Assembly: GCA_047284725.1 (NCBI GenBank)
Contig: JBJBEO010000001.1
Span: 1,208,203 to 1,272,202, forward strand
Origin: Synechococcus sp.
GTDB lineage: Bacteria; Cyanobacteriota; Cyanobacteriia; PCC-6307; Cyanobiaceae
Reading direction: 5' to 3'
DNA length: 64,000 nt
Shown one piece after another: positions 11,447 to 21,155 of the stretch. Every line of letters begins with the position of its first letter. Position 1 is the stretch's first letter. The notes beneath the pieces are model-generated. The model was not told the DNA's origin and did no database searches. It was given only the letters and a program-made list of their open reading frames with translations. The translations under genes and the position numbers were made by a program.

Positions 11447-12949
11447 TCACCGCAGCCCGTCAAGAAACTGTGATGCCCGTTGTTGATGGGCAGCAAGGCA
11501 CTCAGGATCCATCCGGTCAAGATTGCGCGCCATCATCGCAAGACGGTACTGACTGCGAAAAAATGTCTGATGCTGTGCGATGAAGCTCCAGAACAGGCCG
11601 TCCCAGACTTCACACCAGATCCCCTTCTTGTAATCCGACATCTTCCTGACGTAATTGGATCCAGAGAGATAGGGCTTTGTGGTGAAGAGCCCTCCATCGG
11701 CAAATTGACTCATTCCATACACATTCGGCACCATGACCCAGTCATAGGCATCCACAAACAGCTCCATGAACCACTGATAAACACGATCAGGATGAAAGCT
11801 GCATAACAGCATCACATTGCCAATCAACATCAATCGTTCGATGTGATGACACCACCCTGTTTCAAGGGCATGGTGAATTGCATCATCGATGGGAGGCAAG
11901 CCAGTCGTACCTTGATAGAAAGCGTCGGGTATCGGTCGGTCTTCAAACTCCCAGAAGTTGGTGGTACGCATCTGAACGCCATGGCGCTTATACATGGCAG
12001 CCATGAATTCACGCCAACCAATGATCTGACGCACGAATCCCTCCAACGAGTTGAGTGGAACGTCAAACGCTTCGCCCGCCTCAATGGCCCTGTTCAGCAC
12101 CTGTTGCGGTGTGAGCAGACCGATGTTCATCATTGGAGTGAGCACGCCATGCCACATCACCCGATGGTGTTGGCTGATGGCATCTTCGTAATCTCCAAAG
12201 CGTCCGAACCGTTGTTCAAGAAACTGATCCAGCCATTGGTTGGCCTGAGTGTGGTTAATCGGATAATTGAAGGTTTCTGCTGACCCCACAAGCGGAAGGT
12301 TTTCCTGCTCCAGAGACTTGCGTTGTTCCGCCAACTGTCGACCGTGATCGATGTCAGCGTGATGGATGCCAGGCTCCGATGGCACTGCAATCCCTTTCGG
12401 TAGCTTCTTGCGATTCTCGGCATCAAAGCTCCACTTCCCACCAAGTGGTCCCCCGTCTGGTGTGAGTAACACGCCCATCCGTTTGCGCTGCATTTCGTAG
12501 AAGCGCGCCATCAAGGGCCTCTTCCCATCGTTGAAGTGATCGGTCAGGACAGCTGATGGCGTGAGCAGCATCGGGGTGGTCGTGATGGTGATCTCACCGC
12601 CGAGTTCACGCACCACCGCCTTCAACCGCCGTTCGATCAGATCGTCGACCGGGTCAGCCAGGTGGAAATGACGGTAACCCTGGTCCCACCAATGCCTGAG
12701 GTGCCCCGCCGTGTCTTTGGCTTCGTGGTGTTGCCTCAGATGCACCTCATGGCCCTGCATCCGTAACCATTCGGCGTAGGCCTCCATCGAGCAGCGATGC
12801 AACAGCGCTCTTTGGCGATGAATGCGGCAAGGCCATTGCGAATCGGTCCCGAACAGAAGCGGCTCTTCAATCAGGGCGATGGTCCTCCCCAACACCACGG
12901 CCGGATGGCTGGCGAATAACTGATGGGGATAAACGAGCGTGAGATCCAA
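11447..12949 (-). CDS. Cryptochrome/photolyase family protein (PhrB/CryB-like bacterial (6-4) photolyase)
   Basis: YPHQLF, GGKWSFDAENRK, FGDYEDA, RQIIGWREF, HHIERLM, KPYLSGSNYVRKMSDY. Confidence 0.92.
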   Translation of the reverse strand: MDLTLVYPHQLFASHPAVVLGRTIALIEEPLLFGTDSQWPCRIHRQRALLHRCSMEAYAEWLRMQGHEVHLRQHHEAKDTAGHLRHWWDQGYRHFHLADPVDDLIERRLKAVVRELGGEITITTTPMLLTPSAVLTDHFNDGKRPLMARFYEMQRKRMGVLLTPDGGPLGGKWSFDAENRKKLPKGIAVPSEPGIHHADIDHGRQLAEQRKSLEQENLPLVGSAETFNYPINHTQANQWLDQFLEQRFGRFGDYEDAISQHHRVMWHGVLTPMMNIGLLTPQQVLNRAIEAGEAFDVPLNSLEGFVRQIIGWREFMAAMYKRHGVQMRTTNFWEFEDRPIPDAFYQGTTGLPPIDDAIHHALETGWCHHIERLMLIGNVMLLCSFHPDRVYQWFMELFVDAYDWVMVPNVYGMSQFADGGLFTTKPYLSGSNYVRKMSDYKKGIWCEVWDGLFWSFIAQHQTFFRSQYRLAMMARNLDRMDPECLAAHQQRASQFLDGLR

Positions 12950-12982
12950 CGAACGTCAGGAATGAGGAGCAGTGATTGCGTT

Positions 12983-13330
12983 TCAGGACACGTAACGGCA
13001 CAACCTCAGCCCCAGGGACCTGGCGTAGCCGCGGTCCACAAGACCGGCCTGAGGACTGAGAACTCCGGCGCGACAATCCACAACCACCTTTTCCCGATGG
13101 CCTTGTTGATCCTCGAGGCGCAACAGCAACTGCCAGTGATTCTTGGCACTACGCGTGATGGCATCGGCGCACACCGGACCTGTGCAGAGGCCGGGAGCCG
13201 CCTCGATAGACCGCGGGTTGGCCAGCAGGGTCGCGAGAACGATGGGCAGGGCAACTCCGGCAAGGGAGAGGATCCACTGCCTCCAACGGATCATTCGGCT
13301 GGCTTGCTGAGGCTCATGTGGATGGTTCAT
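12983..13330 (-). CDS. Small exported Cys-containing hypothetical protein
   Basis: Signal-like hydrophobic N-terminus then [20 protein letters not shown]; start 13330 or 13294. Confidence 0.65.
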   Translation of the reverse strand: MNHPHEPQQASRMIRWRQWILSLAGVALPIVLATLLANPRSIEAAPGLCTGPVCADAITRSAKNHWQLLLRLEDQQGHREKVVVDCRAGVLSPQAGLVDRGYARSLGLRLCRYVS

Positions 13331-15284
13331 CGGCCTCGATGGTCTGTTCAAGAGAATCAGCGCCAGCCTCCCCTGGGTGAAAGTAATCCCTGATCTGTTC
13401 CGCCAGTGAAGGGCCGACTCCCGGAGCGGCGTTGAGCTGCTCCACGGTTGCCATCTGGATGGCATCGATTGAATGAAAGTGAGACAGCAAGTCTCGAATG
13501 CGTTTCGGACCGAGTCCTGGAATGTCGGAGAGTCGGGAACGCTTCATGCGTTCACCCCTCTGCTGGCGGTGAAAGCTGACCGCAAACCGATGGGCTTCGT
13601 CACGCAACCGGCGCAGAAGCGCCACGCCCAGCTGATCAGGTTCGCTCTCAATCGGATCGCTCTCCCCTGGAAGGAAGATTTCCTCCCTTTGCTTGGCCAG
13701 TGAGCAAACATTGAGGTCTTCATGGAGATCCAGTTCCCGCAGCGCTTCCATCACGGCCGAGAGCTGCCCCTTGCCGCCATCAATCATCACCACATCCGGC
13801 CAGTCATTGAGCCCATCGGTCTGCAGTGCGCTGCCCCCCTGGTGGCGTAGGGCGCCAAGGTCGATGCCTTCTGCTTTCACCCTGGCCCAGCGCCTGAAAC
13901 GACGGCGCATGATCTCTGCCATGGCCATGAAATCGTCACTGTGGCCGGCCCGAATGCTGCTGCTGCGAATCTTGTATTTCCGGTAATGCTGCTTCGCTGG
14001 CAACCCATCCACAAACACCACCTGGGAGGCCACTGCATCACTCCCCTGGATATGGCTGATGTCATACCCCTCGATGCGCCTGGGGGGTGTCGGTAGCTCC
14101 AGGAGCTGAGCCAGGTCTTCAGTCGCCAGCGTCTGCTGTTCCTGCCCCTGCTGGGCACGCAGCAATTCAAATTCAGCATTCCGTTGCACCAGGTCGATCA
14201 GATCCGCCTTCAGGCGACGCTGAGGACACTCAATCTGTACCCGTCGTTCGCGCTGTTCCCCAAGCCATTCCTCCATCAACCCCTGCTGCGGCAACGCATG
14301 TTGCACAAGCACCTTCGGCGGCACCTCAACGGAATCAACCTGGCTGTAGTGCTCCTCGATCACGCGTTGAAGAATTTGACCTGGCTCAAGTCCCTCGGCG
14401 TCGGCCGTGTAACCGAGGCGTCCCACCAACTTGCCTGCGCGCATCTGGAACAACTGCACAGCTGCAACGCGTTGGTCACAGGCCACAGCCAGGACATCTC
14501 GGCTCACTGATGCATCGGGGATGCTCATTTTCTGATCAGCAGTGAGCTGATCCAGTCCCTGCAGTTGATCCCTGACCCGTGCCGCCGATTCGAAATCAAG
14601 ACGCTCTGCATAACGTTCCATCTGCTCATTGAGCAGGGTCTGCAGTTCATCACTACGACCCTGGAACACCATGGCCACCTTGCGCAGGGTGCGGTGGTAG
14701 TCCTCTGAACTGATTTTCTGCTGGCAAACCCCGGGGCATCGTCCGATGGAAAAATTCAGGCAGGTGCGATCCGCATAGAGCGGACGAGGGCGCTGCCTGA
14801 GCGGAAACACCCGTTTCACCAGAAACAAGGTCCGCCTCAACAGCCCCACGTCCACATAGGGTCCATAAAAACGATCCAGTGGGCTGCGAAAACGCCGCCG
14901 CCGCGTAATGAAGATGCGTGGATAAGCCTCACTCCATGTGATGCAGAGATAGGGATATTTCTTGTCGTCTTTGAGGAGCACATTAAAATGTGGCTGATGA
15001 TTCTTGATCAGATTTGATTCAAGAACGAGCGCCTCGGCTTCACTGTCGGTGACAATGAATTCAATCTCACAGACCTGCCTTGTCATCAGGCGGATCCGTG
15101 GAGACAGGTCATGGCGGCTGCGAAAGTAGCTCCTTACACGGCTGCGGAGGCGTTTCGATTTGCCGACATACAAAATGCGGTCCTCCCGATCCCGCATGAG
15201 GTAGCAACCGGGCTCAGGAGGAATTTCCTTCAGTCTTCGCTCCAGCCGTTCCGGCTGGGCCAGCAAGGGTTCACATGAAGGCAC
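13314..15284 (-). CDS. uvrC: Excinuclease ABC subunit C
   Basis: GIY-YIG domain (PGCYLM..LYVGKS), [26 protein letters not shown]-terminal HhH motifs. Confidence 0.98.
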   Translation of the reverse strand: MPSCEPLLAQPERLERRLKEIPPEPGCYLMRDREDRILYVGKSKRLRSRVRSYFRSRHDLSPRIRLMTRQVCEIEFIVTDSEAEALVLESNLIKNHQPHFNVLLKDDKKYPYLCITWSEAYPRIFITRRRRFRSPLDRFYGPYVDVGLLRRTLFLVKRVFPLRQRPRPLYADRTCLNFSIGRCPGVCQQKISSEDYHRTLRKVAMVFQGRSDELQTLLNEQMERYAERLDFESAARVRDQLQGLDQLTADQKMSIPDASVSRDVLAVACDQRVAAVQLFQMRAGKLVGRLGYTADAEGLEPGQILQRVIEEHYSQVDSVEVPPKVLVQHALPQQGLMEEWLGEQRERRVQIECPQRRLKADLIDLVQRNAEFELLRAQQGQEQQTLATEDLAQLLELPTPPRRIEGYDISHIQGSDAVASQVVFVDGLPAKQHYRKYKIRSSSIRAGHSDDFMAMAEIMRRRFRRWARVKAEGIDLGALRHQGGSALQTDGLNDWPDVVMIDGGKGQLSAVMEALRELDLHEDLNVCSLAKQREEIFLPGESDPIESEPDQLGVALLRRLRDEAHRFAVSFHRQQRGERMKRSRLSDIPGLGPKRIRDLLSHFHSIDAIQMATVEQLNAAPGVGPSLAEQIRDYFHPGEAGADSLEQTIEADEPST

Positions 15285-15338
15285 AGCTGGCGTGAACGAA
15301 GGTGAAAACGAACGGAACGAACGATGTGTGCGGGTCTC

Positions 15339-15821
15339 TCAGCCGCCGTAATTCCAGCCGGTGTCTGCCAGATTCAGTGCATCGCCGTCAGCAATCACGC
15401 ACGCCGATTTCACTTCACCGACGAACACGCTGTGGTCGCCATGGGCGACGCAGCCAACGACTTCACACTCCACACCGCCGACAGCATCCTTCAGCAGTGG
15501 AAGGCCGAGGGGACCTTCGTCGTAGGGCGCCGCATCAAAGCGACCGCCGACGCCAGCCTGTGGTTTGAAAAACACTGCGGCGAGATCCTTCTGATCTGCT
15601 CGCAGCACATTGAGGGAGAACCGACCACTGCGTTCGATCATTCCGTGACTGGTGCTGTCACTGCGCACCGCCATCACCACCAGCGGTGGCTCAAAGGAAC
15701 CCTGGGTCACCCAGCTGGCGGTGAATCCATTGACCTGGTCTCCTTCCCGCACGCCACAAATGAAAAGACCGTGGGGAATCTTGCGCAGAAGCACCTTCTT
15801 GGCGTCAGCGTCGAGGCTCAT
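15339..15821 (-). CDS. Flavin reductase family protein
   Basis: NGFTASWVTQGSFEPPL, GDHSVFVGEV. Confidence 0.92.
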   Translation of the reverse strand: MSLDADAKKVLLRKIPHGLFICGVREGDQVNGFTASWVTQGSFEPPLVVMAVRSDSTSHGMIERSGRFSLNVLRADQKDLAAVFFKPQAGVGGRFDAAPYDEGPLGLPLLKDAVGGVECEVVGCVAHGDHSVFVGEVKSACVIADGDALNLADTGWNYGG

Positions 15822-15893
15822 GGATCACCGTCATTGATTCTGCGAATCTAGTCAGACGGAGCTGCATAGGATCCGAGCAGCGGTCTCAAGCTC

Positions 15894-16388
15894 ATGCGGG
15901 CTCTTTACCCCGGCAGTTTCGACCCCCTCACACTGGGTCATCTTGATCTCATTGAGCGCGGTTGTGAGCTCTTCGGAGAGGTTGTGGTGGCTGTTCTTCA
16001 GAACCCCGGCAAGACGCCTGCCTTCCCGTTGGAGCGCCGGTTGGATCAGATCCGCATCGCCACGACTCACCTCAGCGGTGTGGACGTGATCAGTTTCGAT
16101 GGCCTCACAGTGCAGTGCGCGCGCGAGCAGAACGTGAACCTGATTTTGCGTGGTTTGAGGGCCATGAGCGACTTCGAATACGAATTGCAGATCGCCCATA
16201 CCAACCGATCGTTGTGTGCTGATTTTGAAACGGTTTTTCTGGCCACGTCGGCCCATCACAGCTTCCTGAGCAGTTCCGTTGTGAAAGAGGTCGCTCGCTT
16301 CGGGGGGCCAGTCGGCCACATGGTCCCCAAGGTGGTGGCGGATGACCTTGCAAGGCTCTTTAATTTGCCTTTCCCGGACCGCCTGTGA
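15894..16388 (+). CDS. coaD: Pantetheine-phosphate adenylyltransferase
   Basis: [33 protein letters not shown]. Confidence 0.98.
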   Translation: MRALYPGSFDPLTLGHLDLIERGCELFGEVVVAVLQNPGKTPAFPLERRLDQIRIATTHLSGVDVISFDGLTVQCAREQNVNLILRGLRAMSDFEYELQIAHTNRSLCADFETVFLATSAHHSFLSSSVVKEVARFGGPVGHMVPKVVADDLARLFNLPFPDRL

Positions 16389-17335
16389 TGAGCGAGATAC
16401 GGTTTCCAGTGATCGACCAGATCGACCAACTCGAAGAGATCTTGCTCGAGGGCACCCGCATCCCCTTCAGCGGTGGTCGACTGGTCAATGAACAAGACGC
16501 AGTGGAGTTGCTTGACGCCGTGCGTGAGGCTCTCCCTTCTCAGATCAACCAGGCGGATCAACTCCTGCAGAAGCGAGATGACTTCATTGCCTCTGCCAAA
16601 CAGCAAGCTGACGAAATCGTGCTGAAGGCACAGCAGCAGCGGGAACAGCTGGTGAATGCGGCCTCGATTCGCCAGGAAGCTGAGCGTCAGGGGCATGAAA
16701 TGCGCGACCAGACTCGTGTTCAATGCGAGCAGTTGTTGCAACACACCCGCCAGCAATCGGCTCAGATGGAGCAGGACATGCAGGCCAAGCTTTCTCAGCT
16801 TGAACAACAATTCGCTTCACGACGTCAGCAACTGGAGCAGGAGGCTCTTCAGCGCCGACAACAGCTTGATCAGGAAGCGGTTGAGCTCAAGCGGCAGCTC
16901 ACAGAACAACACGAGCGCAACAGGCAGCAGGCTCTGCAGGAGCTTGAACAGGTCCGTCAGGAAGGCCTGCGCCAGCAGAAGGAAGCCCAAACTGAAGCCG
17001 ATCGGCTCCATCAGGATGCCCTTCAGTTCAGGCAACAGACGCAGCAACAATGTGAGGGCCTGATTCAACGCACGCGTCAGGAAGCCGCCTCGGTTCAAGA
17101 GGGTGCGAACCGTTATGCCGAGCAAACCCTTGGTGAACTGGAGTTCCGTCTGAAGGAGATGGCTCAGGTCGTGTTGGCGGGTCGTGAGGAGTTGGTCAAG
17201 ATTCAGACCATTCGGCCTGAGACTGGTGGCCTGACTGACAATCGCAACGCGGAACGCCACAGCAACGAAGCCGTACCGATTTCCCGCGCTCGTCGTGCCG
17301 CCTCTCGCCTCAAGGCGATGAAGGGCACTGGCTGA
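16385..17335 (+). CDS. Coiled-coil protein, Cdv3/DivIVA-like
   Basis: N-terminal LEEIL.EG.RIPFSG..LVN block, long Gln/Glu-rich coiled coil, [10 protein letters not shown]; overlaps the coaD stop, the context known for cyanobacterial cdv3. Confidence 0.7.
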   Translation: MMSEIRFPVIDQIDQLEEILLEGTRIPFSGGRLVNEQDAVELLDAVREALPSQINQADQLLQKRDDFIASAKQQADEIVLKAQQQREQLVNAASIRQEAERQGHEMRDQTRVQCEQLLQHTRQQSAQMEQDMQAKLSQLEQQFASRRQQLEQEALQRRQQLDQEAVELKRQLTEQHERNRQQALQELEQVRQEGLRQQKEAQTEADRLHQDALQFRQQTQQQCEGLIQRTRQEAASVQEGANRYAEQTLGELEFRLKEMAQVVLAGREELVKIQTIRPETGGLTDNRNAERHSNEAVPISRARRAASRLKAMKGTG

Positions 17336-18641
17336 GCCGCTGGACCGACTGAAGGATTCGCCCGATCGTGCTGTTCGGGCTTCCTGCTCCATTGGAAATC
17401 ATGCTCACGAATCGCACACCATGACGTGTGTCGAGAAATCCACTCACTGAGCGCACTCCGGTGAGCGTGCCTGTCTTTCCATGGAAACGGCCCTCCAGAG
17501 ATGTGCCTCGGAAATAATTTCTGAGGGTTCCACGCTGCCCTGCAATGGCCATGGAGGCTCGGTAGTAACCAGCGAGCGGGTGCTGATTCATGCGCATCAG
17601 CAGGGCCGCAAGGGTGCGGCTTGTGACCCGATTCCGACGGGACAGTCCACTGCCGTCCGCGACGCTGAGACCCTGGATGGGCAGATTTTGCCTGCGCATC
17701 CAGAGCATGGCAGCCCGGGATGCCTGGTTCTCATCCCATGCATTCGCAGCCTGGCGCAACAACACTTCGGCCGTGAAGTTGTGACTTTCGGTATTGGCGA
17801 GACTCAGCAGCGCATGCATTGGGGCGGAAGTCTCCTCATGCAGCACCACCGATTGATCGGTGCCCCTGGACTGTGCAGCCGGGGGCGTTGCTCGCACAAA
17901 CTGCATCGTGACTTTGCCGCCCTGCCGTTCAATTTCACGCTGCATCAAGGTTTTGAATCGCGCCGCTGGGTTGCTGACGGCACGACTGAGGGCATTGCTG
18001 GTGAGGGCCAGGCGGGTGATCGGTGCGCCATACGCTTCAGCCCGATCGGCTGGATGCCAGTCTCTGGGCCACCAGCGTTGCTGGGGTTCTTCCCTCAACA
18101 TCAGTTTGACGGTCCCACTGTTCCAGGCCGTGAGGTCGTTTGTGGAGCCACCCCTTGCCAGTGCAGCCATCGCAAAGCGCTGGATTCCAGCCAAACCGAG
18201 ATCAGGGTCTCCTTGTCCATCCAGTTCCAAATGCCCGTCGGGCCGACGCAACAAGCGGGTTTTCAGCCGGAAGTCTGGTCCCAGTCGGTCCAATGCAAAG
18301 GCGGTACTGATCAGTTTCTGATTGGAGGCAGGGACGCGAGGAACTGCACCATTCACATCAGCGAGCAGTGATCCGGATGCATCCACCACGCTCACGCTCC
18401 AGGCCGCCGCAGAGGATCCGAGATCATTCCTGATCGCCGTTTGAAGCGGTTGGCAACTCACTCCGAGTCGCAGCAGGGGGAGGGCTTGATTCCTGGGAGG
18501 TGGAGGCGGTGCCAACACAGGGACCGATGCTTCACGCTGGCCCTTGAGGACATCGCGAAGACTCAGGCTTGGTTCTGCCAACACAGGAGTTGCGAGCAAG
18601 CTCAGCAAGCCCGCGTTGAGGATGGATTGCTGCACTGTCAT
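17310..18641 (-). CDS. dacB: D-Ala-D-Ala carboxypeptidase/endopeptidase (PBP4, peptidase S13)
   Basis: PASNQK (SxxK), SHN (SxN), DGSGLSR, KTGTL. Confidence 0.95.
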   Translation of the reverse strand: MTVQQSILNAGLLSLLATPVLAEPSLSLRDVLKGQREASVPVLAPPPPPRNQALPLLRLGVSCQPLQTAIRNDLGSSAAAWSVSVVDASGSLLADVNGAVPRVPASNQKLISTAFALDRLGPDFRLKTRLLRRPDGHLELDGQGDPDLGLAGIQRFAMAALARGGSTNDLTAWNSGTVKLMLREEPQQRWWPRDWHPADRAEAYGAPITRLALTSNALSRAVSNPAARFKTLMQREIERQGGKVTMQFVRATPPAAQSRGTDQSVVLHEETSAPMHALLSLANTESHNFTAEVLLRQAANAWDENQASRAAMLWMRRQNLPIQGLSVADGSGLSRRNRVTSRTLAALLMRMNQHPLAGYYRASMAIAGQRGTLRNYFRGTSLEGRFHGKTGTLTGVRSVSGFLDTRHGVRFVSMISNGAGSPNSTIGRILQSVQRLSQCPSSP

Positions 18642-19156
18642 CCCCTCACCTCAACACCGCTGACGGTTCCGTTCACTCGATAACGAGGACCTTCCAGTTC
18701 CACAGGAGAGCCGATCTTGAGTTTGGTGCCTGCCAGCACGATGCCTGAGCCGGAAACGGTGGCGTCCCCCTGAAGAACGAAACGAGCTTCGAGAATCCCC
18801 TGGCGCAGACGATTGGGATCAGGGGCTTCGATCACCCGTCCATCCGGAAGGAGGGTGGTGACCATGCTGGAGATGTCTTCAATCTCCACAAGCTTCACGG
18901 ATCCAGCTGGTTGGTTCCGAATCACCACGCTGGTGCTGCCGTGCTCAAGAGCATCAGCGATCAGTTGTTGTTTATCGGCGGTGGGGAGTCCACGCACATC
19001 AACGCTGAGGATCACAGGTTTCACGTTGCCCGTAGCCCGCGCCACCGTGTTGCTTAATTTCGGGCTCCAGATCACTCCAGCAAGGGCCACCAAGGCAGCA
19101 GTCCCTGCCAGTCCGTCAAGCCAGGAGAGAGAACGAATCCCTTTGATGCCTGCCAT
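18638..19156 (-). CDS. DUF4330 family membrane-anchored protein
   Basis: N-terminal TM segment, IRNQPAG, KLKIGSPVELEG..Y motif. Confidence 0.8.
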   Translation of the reverse strand: MAGIKGIRSLSWLDGLAGTAALVALAGVIWSPKLSNTVARATGNVKPVILSVDVRGLPTADKQQLIADALEHGSTSVVIRNQPAGSVKLVEIEDISSMVTTLLPDGRVIEAPDPNRLRQGILEARFVLQGDATVSGSGIVLAGTKLKIGSPVELEGPRYRVNGTVSGVEVRG

Positions 19157-19218
19157 GAACCGTGTCCGGGAATCGTCAATTTAAGGACGGTCAACTCAAC
19201 TAACAAGCGATCCGTTGC

Positions 19219-19914
19219 TCAGCCCCGGAGGTCGTTGATAAACCGATCCATGGCGCCCACCTGGCGCTTCAGTTCAGAGCCTTCGCCATACAGGGCCGCT
19301 TCCATGGCCTCCGGATCAGGACGGGTTTCATAGCTGTCAACGGCACGGTGTCCATCAGGGTCACGACGAAACACCCACCAGGCATCGGGATACCTGCGTT
19401 GAAGCGCTCCTTCAGCTAACGGTTCCAGCCAGTAAGCCACCTGCCATGTGGCTACAAATCCCTTCCGACGCGTTCGAGCCACATTGCCGATGCCCACCGC
19501 TGCATCCTCGAGGCGACCATTCAGCATGGCGACCGGGCCAGCCCATGCTTCAACGGCAGTTTCAAAGTCGTCGTAATCACTGGGTTGAGGTGCAACCGCC
19601 AGCAGGCAACGATCGCCTTCATCTGCAAAACGTCCCCGTTTGAGGTCCATCAAGGAACAGCAGGCGTCAGCAAGCTCCGGTGCATCCCGTTGTGCCAACG
19701 CCGCCGCACCCGCGTCGGACCATGCGATCAGAGGATCCATTCCCGCTTGTCTCATCCCGGCCACAAACCGGATCACCACGGGCAGCAGCCTGAGTCCTTC
19801 AAACCGCCAGGTCACGGACCATCGCTTTCCTTCTCCCTGACGCAAGGCATCCAGCAAGGACTGCAACGCATCGGCTTCGGCCGCTCGGAGATCCGCGGGG
19901 AGAGTGGCGCTCAC
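19219..19914 (-). CDS. DUF1995 family protein
   Basis: LPADL, FEGLR, DAGAAALAQRD, LNGRLEDAAVGIG, GALQRRYP. Confidence 0.85.
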   Translation of the reverse strand: MSATLPADLRAAEADALQSLLDALRQGEGKRWSVTWRFEGLRLLPVVIRFVAGMRQAGMDPLIAWSDAGAAALAQRDAPELADACCSLMDLKRGRFADEGDRCLLAVAPQPSDYDDFETAVEAWAGPVAMLNGRLEDAAVGIGNVARTRRKGFVATWQVAYWLEPLAEGALQRRYPDAWWVFRRDPDGHRAVDSYETRPDPEAMEAALYGEGSELKRQVGAMDRFINDLRG

Positions 19915-19958
19915 GTCATCAAGAGAAGTGGTTGGAGGGTAACCCGCCTGCCCGGAGT

Positions 19959-21155
19959 TCAGCTGATGGTTTCACAGGCATCGAGGGCCTGCGTGAGCGC
20001 TTCCACGATCGGTGTCAACTCATGGTCTTGGTTCCAGGGCCCCAGGCTGAGCCTCAGAGCGGCCTTCTGCTGATCCCTCTCATACCCCATCGCTTCGAGA
20101 ACAGCGCTGCCCACATCGTTCCCGGATGAGCAGGCGCTACCGCTGCTGCAGGAGATACCCCTGATGGCCAGTTCCCGAACGAGGTGACGACCCGATAACG
20201 GTGCACCGCTGCGATCCATCGCCACCAGCGAGATGTGGTGAGGAAGGCGGTGTTGTGGTTCCCCTGTGAGCTGCAGCCGAGGATCCGCCAGCATCATGCG
20301 GAGTAGACGATTCCTCAGTTCCATCACAGGGGTCATGATCACGGCTCCGCCGGTTGTGGTTGGTGATGGTTCTCGCCACCTGGGTAGCGCTTCCATGGCT
20401 TGGGCCATTCCAGCCATCAACGCCACTGATTCGGTACCGGCTCTGAGGCCTTGCTCCTGCCCTCCTCCCCCTTGCAGAGAGAGCATCTGGTGACGCAGCT
20501 GATCGCGAACAAGCAGAAAACCTGCCCCCTTCGCTCCACCGAACTTGTGGGCCGATCCGCTCAGCAGATCCACCGGAAGCGTTTGCCAGTCTGGCAACCC
20601 CTGACCTAGCACCTGCGTGGCATCAGTGTGGAAGGCGATTCCACGGGCGCGGCATTGCTTGCCGATCACCTGGATCGGTTGCAGTGTTCCCACTTCGCTC
20701 TGTCCCCAGATCAGCGAAACAAGCCGTGTTGGTGTGGCCAAGAGCTCCTCACAACGCTCCATCTGGATGCGTCCGAAGCGATCAACGGGCCACGTTGTCA
20801 GCTGCCATCCATGACGTTTGAGCTGATGGGCTGCCGCCTTCACCGCTGGATGTTCAACGGCGCTGATCACCAGTCGTCCTGGCGGTAACGCCATCCCCAG
20901 ACCAAGCAAGGCCAGATGCACGGATTCGGTGGCTCCGCTAGTGAAGACAAGCTCCTCGGCGCGGCTGTTCACAGCTGAGGCAATCTGCCAACGCGACCGT
21001 TCCAGGCACTCGGCTGCCGCAAGGCCATGCCGATGGAGGCTGGATGGATTCCCCCAACAACAAGCCTGAACCTCGGCCATCCGTTCGATTACCCCCGGTC
21101 CTGGGGGCGCCGTGGCACACGCGTCAACGTAGATCGCCGTGGCGAGGTCAGTCAC
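19959..21155 (-). CDS. Cysteine desulfurase family protein (IscS/NifS-like)
   Basis: YVDACAT, GNPSSLH, FTSGATE, HTDATQ, PLP lysine SAHKFGG, catalytic loop SSGSACSS; GTG start at 21155 overlaps the dapF stop. Confidence 0.92.
   Translation of the reverse strand: MTDLATAIYVDACATAPPGPGVIERMAEVQACCWGNPSSLHRHGLAAAECLERSRWQIASAVNSRAEELVFTSGATESVHLALLGLGMALPPGRLVISAVEHPAVKAAAHQLKRHGWQLTTWPVDRFGRIQMERCEELLATPTRLVSLIWGQSEVGTLQPIQVIGKQCRARGIAFHTDATQVLGQGLPDWQTLPVDLLSGSAHKFGGAKGAGFLLVRDQLRHQMLSLQGGGGQEQGLRAGTESVALMAGMAQAMEALPRWREPSPTTTGGAVIMTPVMELRNRLLRMMLADPRLQLTGEPQHRLPHHISLVAMDRSGAPLSGRHLVRELAIRGISCSSGSACSSGNDVGSAVLEAMGYERDQQKAALRLSLGPWNQDHELTPIVEALTQALDACETIS

Noticed and set aside
15292..15325. 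GAAC-rich short repeats between uvrC and the flavin reductase gene
   Set aside because: Only ~30 bp of irregular low-complexity sequence; no constant repeat/spacer structure, not a CRISPR
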